NCBI GenBank assembly: GCA_002719295.1
Contig: PBHC01000007.1
Coordinates: forward strand, 37,793-99,153
Direction: 5' to 3'
DNA from: Chloroflexota bacterium
Lineage (GTDB): Bacteria > Chloroflexota > Dehalococcoidia > Lucifugimonadales > Lucifugimonadaceae
Length of the DNA stretch: 61,361 bases
Shown: positions 1-9,735 of the stretch, in pieces
Layout: each line of letters begins with the position of its first letter
Position numbering within the stretch: position 1 is the first letter of the stretch
Made by a program: the position numbers and the translations under genes
The notes under the pieces: generated by a model
The model's database searches: none
The model's input: the letters and a program-made list of their open reading frames with translations, nothing else
Told to the model about the DNA's origin: nothing

Positions 1-492
1 CCTAACGGAATATATTTAATAAGCCCTAATCATTCAGGATTTTCAGTTCAGAATGATATAGAAGTAGGGTATGTAAAAAATATATATCAAAAGCTTATTA
101 ATAAAAAATGGAGAGATAGAAATAATGAAATAACTAAAATATCAAGCAAGGACATTTTAGTTATTAGCCCTTTCAATGCCCAAGTAAACTTGATAAAGCA
201 AAGTTTAGGAGAGGATGCAAAAGTAGGGACTATAGATAATTTTCAAGGTCAAGAGGCTCCTATAGTAATTATTTCTTACGTATCTTCAAATCCAGAAAAT
301 ATTCCAAGAGGCTCAGATTTTTTCTTTGATTTTAGAAGATTAAACGTTTCATTATCTAGAGCAAAAAGTCTAGCTATAATAATATTTAACAAAGAATTAT
401 TGGAATATCATTGTAATACAGTTGAAGATATGGAAAGACTCAATTTCTTTTGCCGGATTACTGGTTTTGAAAATAAGTTAGAAATAAATTAA
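1..492 (+). CDS. C-terminal part of a superfamily-1 (UPF1/DNA2-like, AAA_12) helicase, probably a TM0106-type nuclease-helicase; truncated by window start
   Basis: Frame is open from base 1: ILVISPFNAQV, VGTIDNFQGQEAPIVI, RLNVSLSRAK (SF1 helicase motifs IV-VI). Confidence 0.85.
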   Translation, partial: PNGIYLISPNHSGFSVQNDIEVGYVKNIYQKLINKKWRDRNNEITKISSKDILVISPFNAQVNLIKQSLGEDAKVGTIDNFQGQEAPIVIISYVSSNPENIPRGSDFFFDFRRLNVSLSRAKSLAIIIFNKELLEYHCNTVEDMERLNFFCRITGFENKLEIN

Positions 493-495
493 TGT

Positions 496-1011
496 TTAGA
501 AGTCCATTACTGAGTGAACATCAATCCCTAATTCTTTTAGTTTTTTATCTCCAGCTAAATCAGGAAGATTAATTATAAAGCCTGCACCTACAATATTTTT
601 TGATTTAAATTTTTCAACTAACTCAATTGCAGCAATAGCAGTACCTCCAGTAGCTAGTAAATCATCTATAATCAAAAGATTTTTATGACCGTCTAAAGCA
701 TCCTTATGTATATGCATTTCTGTAGACCCATATTCTAAATCAAAAGAAACGCTATATGTTTCATGAGGTAACTTATCTGGTTTTCTCAAAGGTATAAATG
801 CTGCATTTAACTTATATGCTATTGCTCCCGCAATAATAAATCCTCTTGATTCAATACTAAGCACTGCATCTATATTTTTATCTATCCATGGTTCTGTCAT
901 TTTATCTATTAACTCAGAAAAAACATCTGGATCTTTTAATAATGTAGTAATATCTCTATACTTAATTCCCTTAATTGGAAAATCTAAGATTGTCCTTATA
1001 TGTTCTTTCAT
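496..1011 (-). CDS. apt: adenine phosphoribosyltransferase
   Basis: DFPIKGIKYRDIT, IESRGF, PLRKPDKLP, LEYG and PRPP motif IIDDLLATGGT. Confidence 0.97.
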   Translation of the reverse strand: MKEHIRTILDFPIKGIKYRDITTLLKDPDVFSELIDKMTEPWIDKNIDAVLSIESRGFIIAGAIAYKLNAAFIPLRKPDKLPHETYSVSFDLEYGSTEMHIHKDALDGHKNLLIIDDLLATGGTAIAAIELVEKFKSKNIVGAGFIINLPDLAGDKKLKELGIDVHSVMDF

Positions 1012-1044
1012 AAGAAAAATACTTCTTTCTTATAATTAATGGTT

Positions 1045-1121
1045 TGGCACGCCCGGGAGGATTCGAACCCCCGACCCTCTGGTTCGAAGCCAGATGCTCT
1101 ATCCAGCTGAGCTACGGGCGC
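1045..1121 (-). tRNA. tRNA-Arg (anticodon TCG)
   Basis: Reverse complement GCGCCCGTAGCTCAGCTGGATAGAGCATCTGGCTTCGAACCAGAGGGTCGGGGGTTCGAATCCTCCCGGGCGTGCCA folds as a cloverleaf; anticodon loop CT-TCG-AA; encoded CCA. Confidence 0.96.
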
Positions 1122-1128
1122 ATAATAA

Positions 1129-1205
1129 TGGGGTGGGCGGAGGGGATCGAACCCTCGATCTACCGGGTCACAGCCGGTCGTATTAACCACTTTACCACGC
1201 CCACC
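1129..1205 (-). tRNA. tRNA-His (anticodon GTG) with encoded G-1
   Basis: Reverse complement GGTGGGCGTGGTAAAGTGGTTAATACGACCGGCTGTGACCCGGTAGATCGAGGGTTCGATCCCCTCCGCCCACCCCA; G-1:C73 pair; encoded CCA. Confidence 0.96.
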
Positions 1206-1221
1206 ATGTTGAATATGCTTG

Positions 1222-1968
1222 CTAGTGATTAGATGGTCCTTTACCTACAGATTTTCGATATTCATTAATCATTGTACTAGTTGGTGGATAATATTTACCC
1301 GGAACAACGTTTTCTTTAAGAATTTTTTCCTTAATGTAAGCTTCAGCGCCTTCATGATCTTCCACCCATTCTATACATTCTTCAGCAAACCACGATGGAA
1401 CAACTACTACTCCATCATTATCACCTACAACAATATCTCCAGGTCTTACTAGTACACCTCCACACTGGATATCTATATTTTCTTCAGCCGGTTCAGCCCA
1501 TGGCCTTCCTCCATATGGAGTCCTTTCTTGTGCATAAACTATTAGGTCATAATTTTCTTCATTTAAAACATCCAAATCTCTTATAGCTCCATCAGTTACA
1601 ATCCCAGCAGCCTTATTCATTTTTAATAGAAGTAATTTTACGTCTCCTCCAATAGCAGCATATTTAGCTCCCATCATATCAGCAACCAAAACGTCATCTT
1701 CTCCACATCTGGACATAGCCAACATCTCTGGAGACTTCTCCCCTATTTTTGTTTCAGAATCAATATCAGGCCTAGGAGGTAAAAATCTTAGAGTTCTAGC
1801 TCTTGCAGCTAATCTCTTGTTTGGAGTCATTACTTTAACATTTTCCATAAATGGCAAAGGTACTCCTAGATAATTATTTAAACATGACCAAACAGTTGCA
1901 ACAGGCACTTTCTTAAATCTCTCAAGTATGTCCTTACTTACCTCTGTAGCTTTATATGATCTTTCCAT
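1222..1968 (-). CDS. RraA-family / 4-hydroxy-4-methyl-2-oxoglutarate aldolase-like protein
   Basis: ARTLRFLP, GGD, GIVTDGAIRD, CGGVLVRPGDIVVGDNDGVVVVP. Confidence 0.9.
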   Translation of the reverse strand: MERSYKATEVSKDILERFKKVPVATVWSCLNNYLGVPLPFMENVKVMTPNKRLAARARTLRFLPPRPDIDSETKIGEKSPEMLAMSRCGEDDVLVADMMGAKYAAIGGDVKLLLLKMNKAAGIVTDGAIRDLDVLNEENYDLIVYAQERTPYGGRPWAEPAEENIDIQCGGVLVRPGDIVVGDNDGVVVVPSWFAEECIEWVEDHEGAEAYIKEKILKENVVPGKYYPPTSTMINEYRKSVGKGPSNH

Positions 1969-1978
1969 TTATTCCCTC

Positions 1979-3466
1979 TTATTTTTCAAAAATATACGCT
2001 AATTCTATCAATAATCTAGTTGGGATCCCAGTAGCACCTTTATTATGCCAACCTTCATTGGAACTTGTCATTGAATTCGCTGCAATATCTAAATGCACCC
2101 AAGGAATATCTCCTACAAAATGGTTTATAAAATGTGCGGCAGTAATTGTTCCTGCTAATCTACCTCCTGTATTTTTAATATCAGCTATTGATGAATTATT
2201 TTGTTTTTTGGATACTGAATCCAAAGGAAGCTGCCAAACGAAATCTCCTGACTTTTCTCCTGCAATCTTTACATTCTCCATAAAATCTTCATCATTAGAA
2301 AAAGCAGAAATATTTCCTTTTCCTAAACCTATAGAAGCTGCTCCGGTCAAAGTTGCTACATCTATTATAAATTTAGGATCAAAGGTCTTTGCGTAAGTGA
2401 TTGCATCAGCTAGTGTTAACCTTCCTTCAGCATCAGTATTTTCAACTTCAATAAAAGTTCCATCCATTGCTTCAACTACATCACTTGGTCTTTGAGCTGA
2501 GCCACTTGGCATATTTTCAGTAGCCAAACATAAAACATCTATATTTACATTAATACCCAAATTTGCGATAGCATTTATTGACGCTATTACAGATGCTGCA
2601 CCACCCATATCTCCTTTCATAGAAAACATAGAACCAGATGGCTTTAATGACAAACCTCCACTATCGAATGTTATAGCTTTTCCAATATACCAATAAGAAC
2701 TATCTTCAGGTAAAGGCTTGTATGATAAATGTATTAACTTGGGCTCTTCTATTGAACCTTGAGAAACTCCTAAAAATGCATTCATTCCAAGTTTTTGACA
2801 TTGATCTTTATCAAGAATTTTACAACTCAAATTCTTATTTGAAAAATCTAATGCAATTTCAGATAGTTTAGTTGGAGTTAGAAAATTAGCTGGTTCATTT
2901 ACTAAATTTCTTGCAATTTTTTCAGCTTCAGATTTTTCAAAGGATTTATTAACAATCTTAGAAGTTTCTAATTTTGAATCAGAACAAGTAATTTCAAAAA
3001 AGTTTTTTTTCTTAGATTTCTTGTTTTTATATTTATCAAAATTATAATTTCCAAGAAAAAAGCCTTCCATTAAAGATTCAATGACAGTTTCTTTATCATC
3101 AAAAAAACTTAAAGAATCTACGAAAAAATTGACCCCTTCTACTTTAGAATTTAAAAAATATCTTCCAAGTGCACCAGCAGATTTTCTAATAGAGTTTGTA
3201 TCTGACTTTTTCGCATCCCCTAAACCCAAGCAAATAATTCTAAGGTATTTAAAATCAGGGAATAAACTTTTTGGAGTATGCAAAATTGTTATTTGACCAT
3301 CTGAAGAAAGATCTTCATTCTTTAGAGTATCTTGAAATAATTTATTAGCATTAGCATCAGCCAAATCCAACGCAAAGTCTTCATGTTTTATAACTGGAAC
3401 TATTAAAGTTTCAGATTGATTTTTGTCGTTTATATTATTAAAGTGTGCTATTTGATTTTTAGACAT
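1979..3466 (-). CDS. pepA: leucyl aminopeptidase (M17)
   Basis: GKAITFDSGGLSLK, MKGDMGGAA, NTDAEGRLTLAD signature, WVHLDIA. Confidence 0.96.
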   Translation of the reverse strand: MSKNQIAHFNNINDKNQSETLIVPVIKHEDFALDLADANANKLFQDTLKNEDLSSDGQITILHTPKSLFPDFKYLRIICLGLGDAKKSDTNSIRKSAGALGRYFLNSKVEGVNFFVDSLSFFDDKETVIESLMEGFFLGNYNFDKYKNKKSKKKNFFEITCSDSKLETSKIVNKSFEKSEAEKIARNLVNEPANFLTPTKLSEIALDFSNKNLSCKILDKDQCQKLGMNAFLGVSQGSIEEPKLIHLSYKPLPEDSSYWYIGKAITFDSGGLSLKPSGSMFSMKGDMGGAASVIASINAIANLGINVNIDVLCLATENMPSGSAQRPSDVVEAMDGTFIEVENTDAEGRLTLADAITYAKTFDPKFIIDVATLTGAASIGLGKGNISAFSNDEDFMENVKIAGEKSGDFVWQLPLDSVSKKQNNSSIADIKNTGGRLAGTITAAHFINHFVGDIPWVHLDIAANSMTSSNEGWHNKGATGIPTRLLIELAYIFEK

Positions 3467-3699
3467 AACTATTCTTTACTAGTTTATTTTTTAATACATT
3501 ATATATTTTATTTTTTTGATTTATTTATTTATTTATTTATAAAAAATGCATATAAAAAAGTGTTTTTTTCATCTTATTTTTTGAATTTGTTCAAAACTTT
3601 AACTGAAAAAGTTCAAAAATAAGTACTTTGGTACCTTGTTTATTGAATATATAAATATTAAATTCATAATTATATTCATAAATTACTGGGGGGTAAAAA

Positions 3700-4539
3700 A
3701 TGAAAAACATAAATTCGGTAAAAGTTGTAAGTGATGGTTCCTATTTATTAGATGGAGGTCCATTTTTTGGTCCTGTTCCAAAAGTTTTATGGGAAAAACA
3801 AGCTAAGCCTGACAGAAAAAACAGAGTTAGACTAGGCCTTAACTCTCTACTAATAAAAAGTGGTGAAGAAAATATTTTAGTAAATACTGGAATAGGATCT
3901 AAAGAACCTGAAATTAATAGAGAAATTTATGGGCATGCATCATCAAGATTAATAAGAAATTTGAAAAATAATGGAGTGTCTGCAAAAGACATTAGCAAAG
4001 TTGTATTAACACAATTGCATTTTGATCATTCAGGAGGTTCAACTTCTCTTGATAGGGAAGGAAAATTGATCCCAACATTTCCTAAAGCTAAATATTTAGT
4101 ACAAAAATCCGCTTGGGATGAAGCATTCGATCAAGATGAAAGATTATTGCCTGCTTATGGTCATCCTGTGGAACATTTAAATATTTTGCAAGATAGAGAT
4201 ATGGTTGAATTTTTAGATGGCAACACCGAAATAAGTCCAGGTGTTTTTTGTGAAATGATTGATGGATACTCTCAAGGTCATCAGATAATTAAAGTAAATG
4301 CTGGATCTGAAAGAATAGTTTATTTATCAGAACTTATTCCTGCTCCTTCTCATTTACCGCTTGCATATATAACTGCATATGACAGATACCCAGATCAAAC
4401 ATTGGAAATAAAAAGAAGAATAATTGCACAGTGTGAACAAGAAGGTTGGCTTATGGTGTTCGCTCATGGCTATAAAGAGTACGCTGGGTATATAAAAAGA
4501 AATAATAATTCTTTGAATTTAGAACCTATAAGTATCTAA
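3700..4539 (+). CDS. metallo-beta-lactamase-fold protein, YtnP-like, with degenerate metal-binding motifs
   Basis: LDGGPFFGPVPKVLWEK and PTFPKAKYLVQ match the YtnP family; motif reads TQLHFDH. Confidence 0.85.
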   Translation: MKNINSVKVVSDGSYLLDGGPFFGPVPKVLWEKQAKPDRKNRVRLGLNSLLIKSGEENILVNTGIGSKEPEINREIYGHASSRLIRNLKNNGVSAKDISKVVLTQLHFDHSGGSTSLDREGKLIPTFPKAKYLVQKSAWDEAFDQDERLLPAYGHPVEHLNILQDRDMVEFLDGNTEISPGVFCEMIDGYSQGHQIIKVNAGSERIVYLSELIPAPSHLPLAYITAYDRYPDQTLEIKRRIIAQCEQEGWLMVFAHGYKEYAGYIKRNNNSLNLEPISI

Positions 4540-4540
4540 A

Positions 4541-5809
4541 TCAAGATAATATACCAATAAGATTATTATCTTGATCAATAGAATTAATTAAAACTTGAGA
4601 TATTTGTTCTGATGGGTCAATATCTGAGAGTAATTTAAAATAAGAATAGCTTTCTGTATATCCAGAAAAAGGAGAATTCTTTTCCCACAATACTTTTTGT
4701 TGAGTGTTTATCAAAGAATTCAGATGGTTATTCTTTAAAATTTTAGCAATTTCTCTAATGTCTTTTGATCTATTTGTAATAATTGAAGATTGAACTTTTT
4801 CTTTTAGATAGAATGCTGTAGTTCCAGGTCTGACTGAGTAAGGAAACACATGAATATCTGATAACTCTAAATCCTTAAGTAATTCTTTCGTATTGCAGTG
4901 ATCTAAATCAGTCTCTCCTGGAAATCCAACTATTAAATCTGTTGTTATTGATGAGTTTGGAATTTTATTTCTTATATAAGAAACAATTCTTGAAAATTGA
5001 TTTGTCGTATATTTTCTTCTCATTTCTTTTAAAATTGAATCTGATCCACTTTGTAATGGAATATGAAAATGAGGACATAGTCTATTTTGGTAAAGTTTAT
5101 CATTCCATAGACTCAAAAGATTGTCACTGAATTCATGAGGCTGAACAGATGACAATCTAAGCCTTTTTATTTTTGTATTTTTTAGAATATATAATAGAAG
5201 TTTTGTTAGGTTTATATCTTCTAAATCGTAACCATACGTTCCTAATTGAGTTCCAGTTAATACAACTTCTAAACAACCTCTTTCTTCAAGATAATTTATT
5301 CTATCTATAATTGCATCCGGTGTAATAGACTTTTCTCTTCCTCTAACTTTAGGAACAATACAATAGCTACAAATTTGATTACACCCTTTTTGTATTGCTA
5401 CAGAGGCTCTAGTTCTGCCTAACAAAATATTATCAATTTTGTTATCTTCAGATTTTTTTTCAAACTTAAGATCAACATCCTTAGATAATAATTCTAAAAA
5501 GTTATCTTTTTCTTCATTATTAATAATAGTGTTTACTATTCCAAGTTCAGAGATTTCTTTTTTGTTTCTCTGTGCGTAACAACCTGTCGCTACAATATGA
5601 ATACCAGGGTGTTTTTTTTTAATACTTCTTAATTTATTTCTTGCTTTTTTATCTGCAGATTTTGTAACTGTGCAAGTATTTAATACATAAATATCAGAAT
5701 CTTTAATAGTTGTAGAAATTTCCATACCAGAAGATAACAATTTATCAGAGATCTTCTGTGAATCGGCAATATTTAATTTACATCCATGAGTTTCTATATA
5801 GACATTCAT
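4541..5809 (-). CDS. mtaB: tRNA t6A37 methylthiotransferase (radical SAM, MiaB/MtaB family)
   Basis: THGCKLN, NTCTVT, TGCYAQ, GCNQICSYCIVP, HIPLQSGSD, HVFPYSVRPGT. Confidence 0.88.
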   Translation of the reverse strand: MNVYIETHGCKLNIADSQKISDKLLSSGMEISTTIKDSDIYVLNTCTVTKSADKKARNKLRSIKKKHPGIHIVATGCYAQRNKKEISELGIVNTIINNEEKDNFLELLSKDVDLKFEKKSEDNKIDNILLGRTRASVAIQKGCNQICSYCIVPKVRGREKSITPDAIIDRINYLEERGCLEVVLTGTQLGTYGYDLEDINLTKLLLYILKNTKIKRLRLSSVQPHEFSDNLLSLWNDKLYQNRLCPHFHIPLQSGSDSILKEMRRKYTTNQFSRIVSYIRNKIPNSSITTDLIVGFPGETDLDHCNTKELLKDLELSDIHVFPYSVRPGTTAFYLKEKVQSSIITNRSKDIREIAKILKNNHLNSLINTQQKVLWEKNSPFSGYTESYSYFKLLSDIDPSEQISQVLINSIDQDNNLIGILS

Positions 5810-5915
5810 AAGATAATTACTATCATTAGAGTATAGTAATCAAGTATATAACTCTTGATTCTCCAAAAACTATTTTAATGAATTATTATTTATCAAATTA
5901 TAGGAAAAATACAAA

Positions 5916-7160
5916 ATGAAAAAGAAAGTTGTCGTTACTGGAATAGGATTATTGACACCAATTGGTTTAGATAGAAATTCAAGTTGGAAATCAATTACCA
6001 CAGGTAAAAGTGGTATAAGTAAAATATCATCTTTTGACACAGAAAACTTTCAAACAAAAATAGCAGCTGAAATAAGTGAATTTACTCCTGATGAAATTTT
6101 AGGAAGAAAATTTGCTAGCAGGCTTGATAGATTCGCTCAATTTGCATGTGTAACTGCTAAGGAAGCAATAAAAGACTCTGGAATACACATGGATTCTATA
6201 AATAGAGATAAATTTGCCGTTTTGATTGGTAGTGGAATTGGAGGTATAAAGACCCTCAGTGATCAATTTGGTGTACTAAATGATAAAGGCCCTTCAAGAA
6301 TAAGTCCTTTCTTAGTTCCTATGATGCTTTCTGATATGGCATCTGGACAAGTTTCTATGATGCTGGGTACAAAAGGACCAAATTTTTCAACAGTGTCTGC
6401 ATGTGCATCCGCTGCTGATTCAATAGGACAAGGACTTCATATGATTAGAAGAGGAGAGGCAGAGATAGTATTAGCTGGAGGAAGTGAAGCAGCTATTTGT
6501 CCAATTGGAATTGCTGGATTTAACTCCGCTAGAGCCTTGTCTACAAATAACGATAATCCTGAAAAGGCATCAAGGCCATTTGATGCAGAAAGAGATGGAT
6601 TTGTTTTGGGAGAAGGATCAGGGTTGTTAGTTTTAGAAGAAGAAGAACATGCACTAAAAAGAGGAGCTACAATAATTTGTGAACTTTCTGGTTATGGAGC
6701 AACATCAGATGCACATCATGTAACACAGCCTCATCCTGAAGGAGAAGGAGCATCTAAAGCAATGAACATTGCTATAAATGATGCAGGAATTGAAAAAGAA
6801 AAAATAGCATATATAAATGCTCATGGGACTTCAACTCAACTAAATGATAAATTTGAAACAATTGCGATCAAAAGATCCTTTGAAGACCATGCAAAAAAAT
6901 TAAAAATTTCTTCAACTAAATCTATGACCGGACATTTGTTAGGTGCTGCTGGAGGTATAGAAGCTGCTTTCACATGCCTAGCTATAAATGAAAAGGTAGT
7001 TCCGCCTACAATTAACTTATTAAACCCAGATCCTGAATGTGATTTAGATTATGTTCCAAACCATGCTTTAAAAGGAAATATTCCTGCAGCTATATCAAAT
7101 TCTTTAGGATTTGGAGGACATAATAGTTCCCTACTTTTTCAAGACTATCCAAACCAATAA
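5916..7160 (+). CDS. fabF: 3-oxoacyl-ACP synthase II
   Basis: SACAS (catalytic Cys), RPFDAERDGFVLGEG, YINAHGTST, KSMTGHLLGAAG, SNSLGFGGHN. Confidence 0.97.
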   Translation: MKKKVVVTGIGLLTPIGLDRNSSWKSITTGKSGISKISSFDTENFQTKIAAEISEFTPDEILGRKFASRLDRFAQFACVTAKEAIKDSGIHMDSINRDKFAVLIGSGIGGIKTLSDQFGVLNDKGPSRISPFLVPMMLSDMASGQVSMMLGTKGPNFSTVSACASAADSIGQGLHMIRRGEAEIVLAGGSEAAICPIGIAGFNSARALSTNNDNPEKASRPFDAERDGFVLGEGSGLLVLEEEEHALKRGATIICELSGYGATSDAHHVTQPHPEGEGASKAMNIAINDAGIEKEKIAYINAHGTSTQLNDKFETIAIKRSFEDHAKKLKISSTKSMTGHLLGAAGGIEAAFTCLAINEKVVPPTINLLNPDPECDLDYVPNHALKGNIPAAISNSLGFGGHNSSLLFQDYPNQ

Positions 7161-8827
7161 TGATCTTAGAGACTGATAATTACAGAATTATAATTGATAA
7201 AAAAAATTCAAACCTATCGAAAATAAGTAATTCTGATATTTTAGAAAATTTAATTAATAATAGAAATATTCCAAAAGAAAACATTAATCATTTTTTAAGT
7301 GATCCAAATCTTGATTCTATAGATCCTTATGAATTTAATGATATGAAAGATTCAGTAAAAACTATTGCCGATTTTATAAATAAAAAAAAGAAAATAGGAA
7401 TTTATGGTGATTTCGATGCAGATGGTTTGACTGGTACAGCAATATTAATTGAAACAATAGAAAGCCTTGGAGCAATAGCAAAACCTTTTATCCCACACAG
7501 AGAAAATGAAGGACATGGAATATCTGAAGCAGGAATAAATAGCCTAATCGAGTTTGGATGTGAATTAATCATAACTGTAGATACAGGTACAAACTCTTAT
7601 GAATTAATAGATAAGACTATGGAAGTAAATAAAGTTAAATTTATAATAACTGATCATCATATACCAGAAAAAGAAAATTATAATTATCCGATACTAAATC
7701 CAGTTTTAAACAAAAACATAACTGAATATTCAGGCGCAGGAGTTGCTTGGATATTATCAAAAGCACTTTTTGATTATTTTGAAATTCCAATGAAAGAAGG
7801 GATTACTTCTCTAGCAACAATAGGAACAGTAGCTGATGTTGCACCTTTGTTAAAAAATAATAGAACTATTGTAAAAAATGGTTTATTGGAAATAAGTAAA
7901 ACTAACAACTTTGCCATCAAAGCATTAAATAATATTTCAGGGAAAAAATTTTTCTACGAAGCTCCTGAAGCAGACTATATTTCTTTTTCGATGGCACCTA
8001 GGATTAATACTCCTGGAAGAATTGAAGATCCATATACATCTTTAAGATTATTAACAGCAAAGAACGCTAAAAATGCACATAACCTTTCTATAAAAATAGA
8101 ACAAATGAACAATAAAAGAAAATCATTATCGTTAGAATTATGGGAAGAAATTCAAGATCAGTTAATTATTCAAAAATCAAACCCTTTAATTTTTTTAGAT
8201 TGTACAAATTATCCCTTGGGATTACTTGGACCACTAGCAGGAAGATTAGTAGAAAACTTATCTAAGCCTGTGTTTTGTTTTGCTGAAAAGGACAATTTAT
8301 ATAAATTCTCGTCTAGATCAAACGAATCATATAATCTATTTGATTCTCTTTCAAAATTAGATAAATATTTTGTGAATTTTGGAGGACATGCATTGGCTGC
8401 AGGGTTTTCAATTAATTCATCTGATTACAATTCTTTTTATGAAGAAATGATTAAATCTAGTAACTTAGAAATTCAAAAGTCTAAAAAAAATTATGAAGTA
8501 GATATGGAATTTGATATAGAAAGCTTAAATTATAACTTATGGGATGATATAAAGATCCTTTCTCCATTTGGAGAAAAAAATCCTGATCCTGTATTTTATT
8601 CAAAAAAAGTTTCAACTGAAAAAATCAAAGCAATAGGGAGAGATAAAAATCACATTTCTGGAAAAATCCTAAATTCTAAAAATAGCTTTGACTTTATAGG
8701 ATTTAACATACCTTATTTACAAAGCCTATCGATAGGTAAAGTAAATATAGTTTATAAGCTTAGAACAGATTTTTGGAATGGTAAAAAACAAAAAAAGATT
8801 CACATTTTGGAAATTGATACTACTTAA
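7160..8827 (+). CDS. recJ: single-stranded-DNA-specific exonuclease RecJ
   Basis: YGDFDADG, ITVDTG, ITDHH, GTVADV, PRIN, FGGHALAAG, PFGEKNP. Confidence 0.93.
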   Translation: MILETDNYRIIIDKKNSNLSKISNSDILENLINNRNIPKENINHFLSDPNLDSIDPYEFNDMKDSVKTIADFINKKKKIGIYGDFDADGLTGTAILIETIESLGAIAKPFIPHRENEGHGISEAGINSLIEFGCELIITVDTGTNSYELIDKTMEVNKVKFIITDHHIPEKENYNYPILNPVLNKNITEYSGAGVAWILSKALFDYFEIPMKEGITSLATIGTVADVAPLLKNNRTIVKNGLLEISKTNNFAIKALNNISGKKFFYEAPEADYISFSMAPRINTPGRIEDPYTSLRLLTAKNAKNAHNLSIKIEQMNNKRKSLSLELWEEIQDQLIIQKSNPLIFLDCTNYPLGLLGPLAGRLVENLSKPVFCFAEKDNLYKFSSRSNESYNLFDSLSKLDKYFVNFGGHALAAGFSINSSDYNSFYEEMIKSSNLEIQKSKKNYEVDMEFDIESLNYNLWDDIKILSPFGEKNPDPVFYSKKVSTEKIKAIGRDKNHISGKILNSKNSFDFIGFNIPYLQSLSIGKVNIVYKLRTDFWNGKKQKKIHILEIDTT

Positions 8828-9657
8828 TTGGAAGGTCTTGTCTTTATAGAAAGAAAAGTAATTGAAACAATAAAGCAAATAATAGCTATAAAATGAGCTT
8901 CTTGTAATCCCCAAAAATATACTCTATCTAATCTAACCCACTGTATTAGGAATCTTCCTAAACTATACCAAGCTAGGTATATGAAAAACAAGCTTCCATT
9001 TGGCTTGAATTTATTTCTAAATATCACCAAAATAATTAAACCTATAATATCCCATATAAATTCATATAGAGCGGCAGGGTGAACAGCAGTTGCAGCATCA
9101 GTTCCTCTAGGGAAATGACCATTACTCCAACTATCACTATTTACGATACAGCCCATTCCTGGAGAATCAGGGTTAGAAAAATACCATCCAAAGAAAAAGT
9201 CAGTGGCTCTTGAACAATGTTCTCCATTTATAATATCTCCAATTCTTCCAATAGCTTGTGCAGCTAATAGAGCAGGTGCAGCAAAATCCATTAGTCTACC
9301 TATAAGATTGTTGTCTAGTTCTAGGTATTTTGCATAAATTATTCCTGCCAAAGTCCCTCCTAAAATACCTCCCCATAGTCCAATACCACCTCTCCATATA
9401 TATAGAAAATTCATTGGGTTATCTATGTAATAATCAAGATTATCTATAATATGAACCAGTCTAGCTCCAATAATTCCTCCAATGACTCCCCAAGAAGCTA
9501 CATTAAATATAATATCGTCATCTATTCCATCTTTCCTGGATTGCCTTATAACTATATAAATAGCTGCTATTACTCCAATAACTGAAAAAAAACCATGCCA
9601 AGACAATCCGATAAAGTCTGTCTCAAAAATCATTGGGTGAAAAGGTATTTTTATCAT
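8824..9657 (-). CDS. lgt: prolipoprotein diacylglyceryl transferase
   Basis: GIIGARL, IWRGG, QAIGRIGDIINGE, HPAALYE, YSLGRF. Confidence 0.93.
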   Translation of the reverse strand: MIKIPFHPMIFETDFIGLSWHGFFSVIGVIAAIYIVIRQSRKDGIDDDIIFNVASWGVIGGIIGARLVHIIDNLDYYIDNPMNFLYIWRGGIGLWGGILGGTLAGIIYAKYLELDNNLIGRLMDFAAPALLAAQAIGRIGDIINGEHCSRATDFFFGWYFSNPDSPGMGCIVNSDSWSNGHFPRGTDAATAVHPAALYEFIWDIIGLIILVIFRNKFKPNGSLFFIYLAWYSLGRFLIQWVRLDRVYFWGLQEAHFIAIICFIVSITFLSIKTRPSN

Positions 9658-9735
9658 AATCTATAATATTAGTATAAGTAGGTCCTAACCATTAACATAA
9701 TAAACAAAATTTAATCCTAAATAAAGAAAAAAAAT

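Noticed and set aside
1008..1232. ORFs 1008-1190 (-) and 1044-1232 (+)
   Set aside because: Shadow translations of the two tRNA genes.
3467..3699. AT-rich gap with a (TTTA)n run and GTTCAAAA twice; considered as an origin or LexA site
   Set aside because: No DnaA-box cluster and no proper GAAC-N4-GTTC; consistent with an ordinary divergent promoter in AT-rich DNA.
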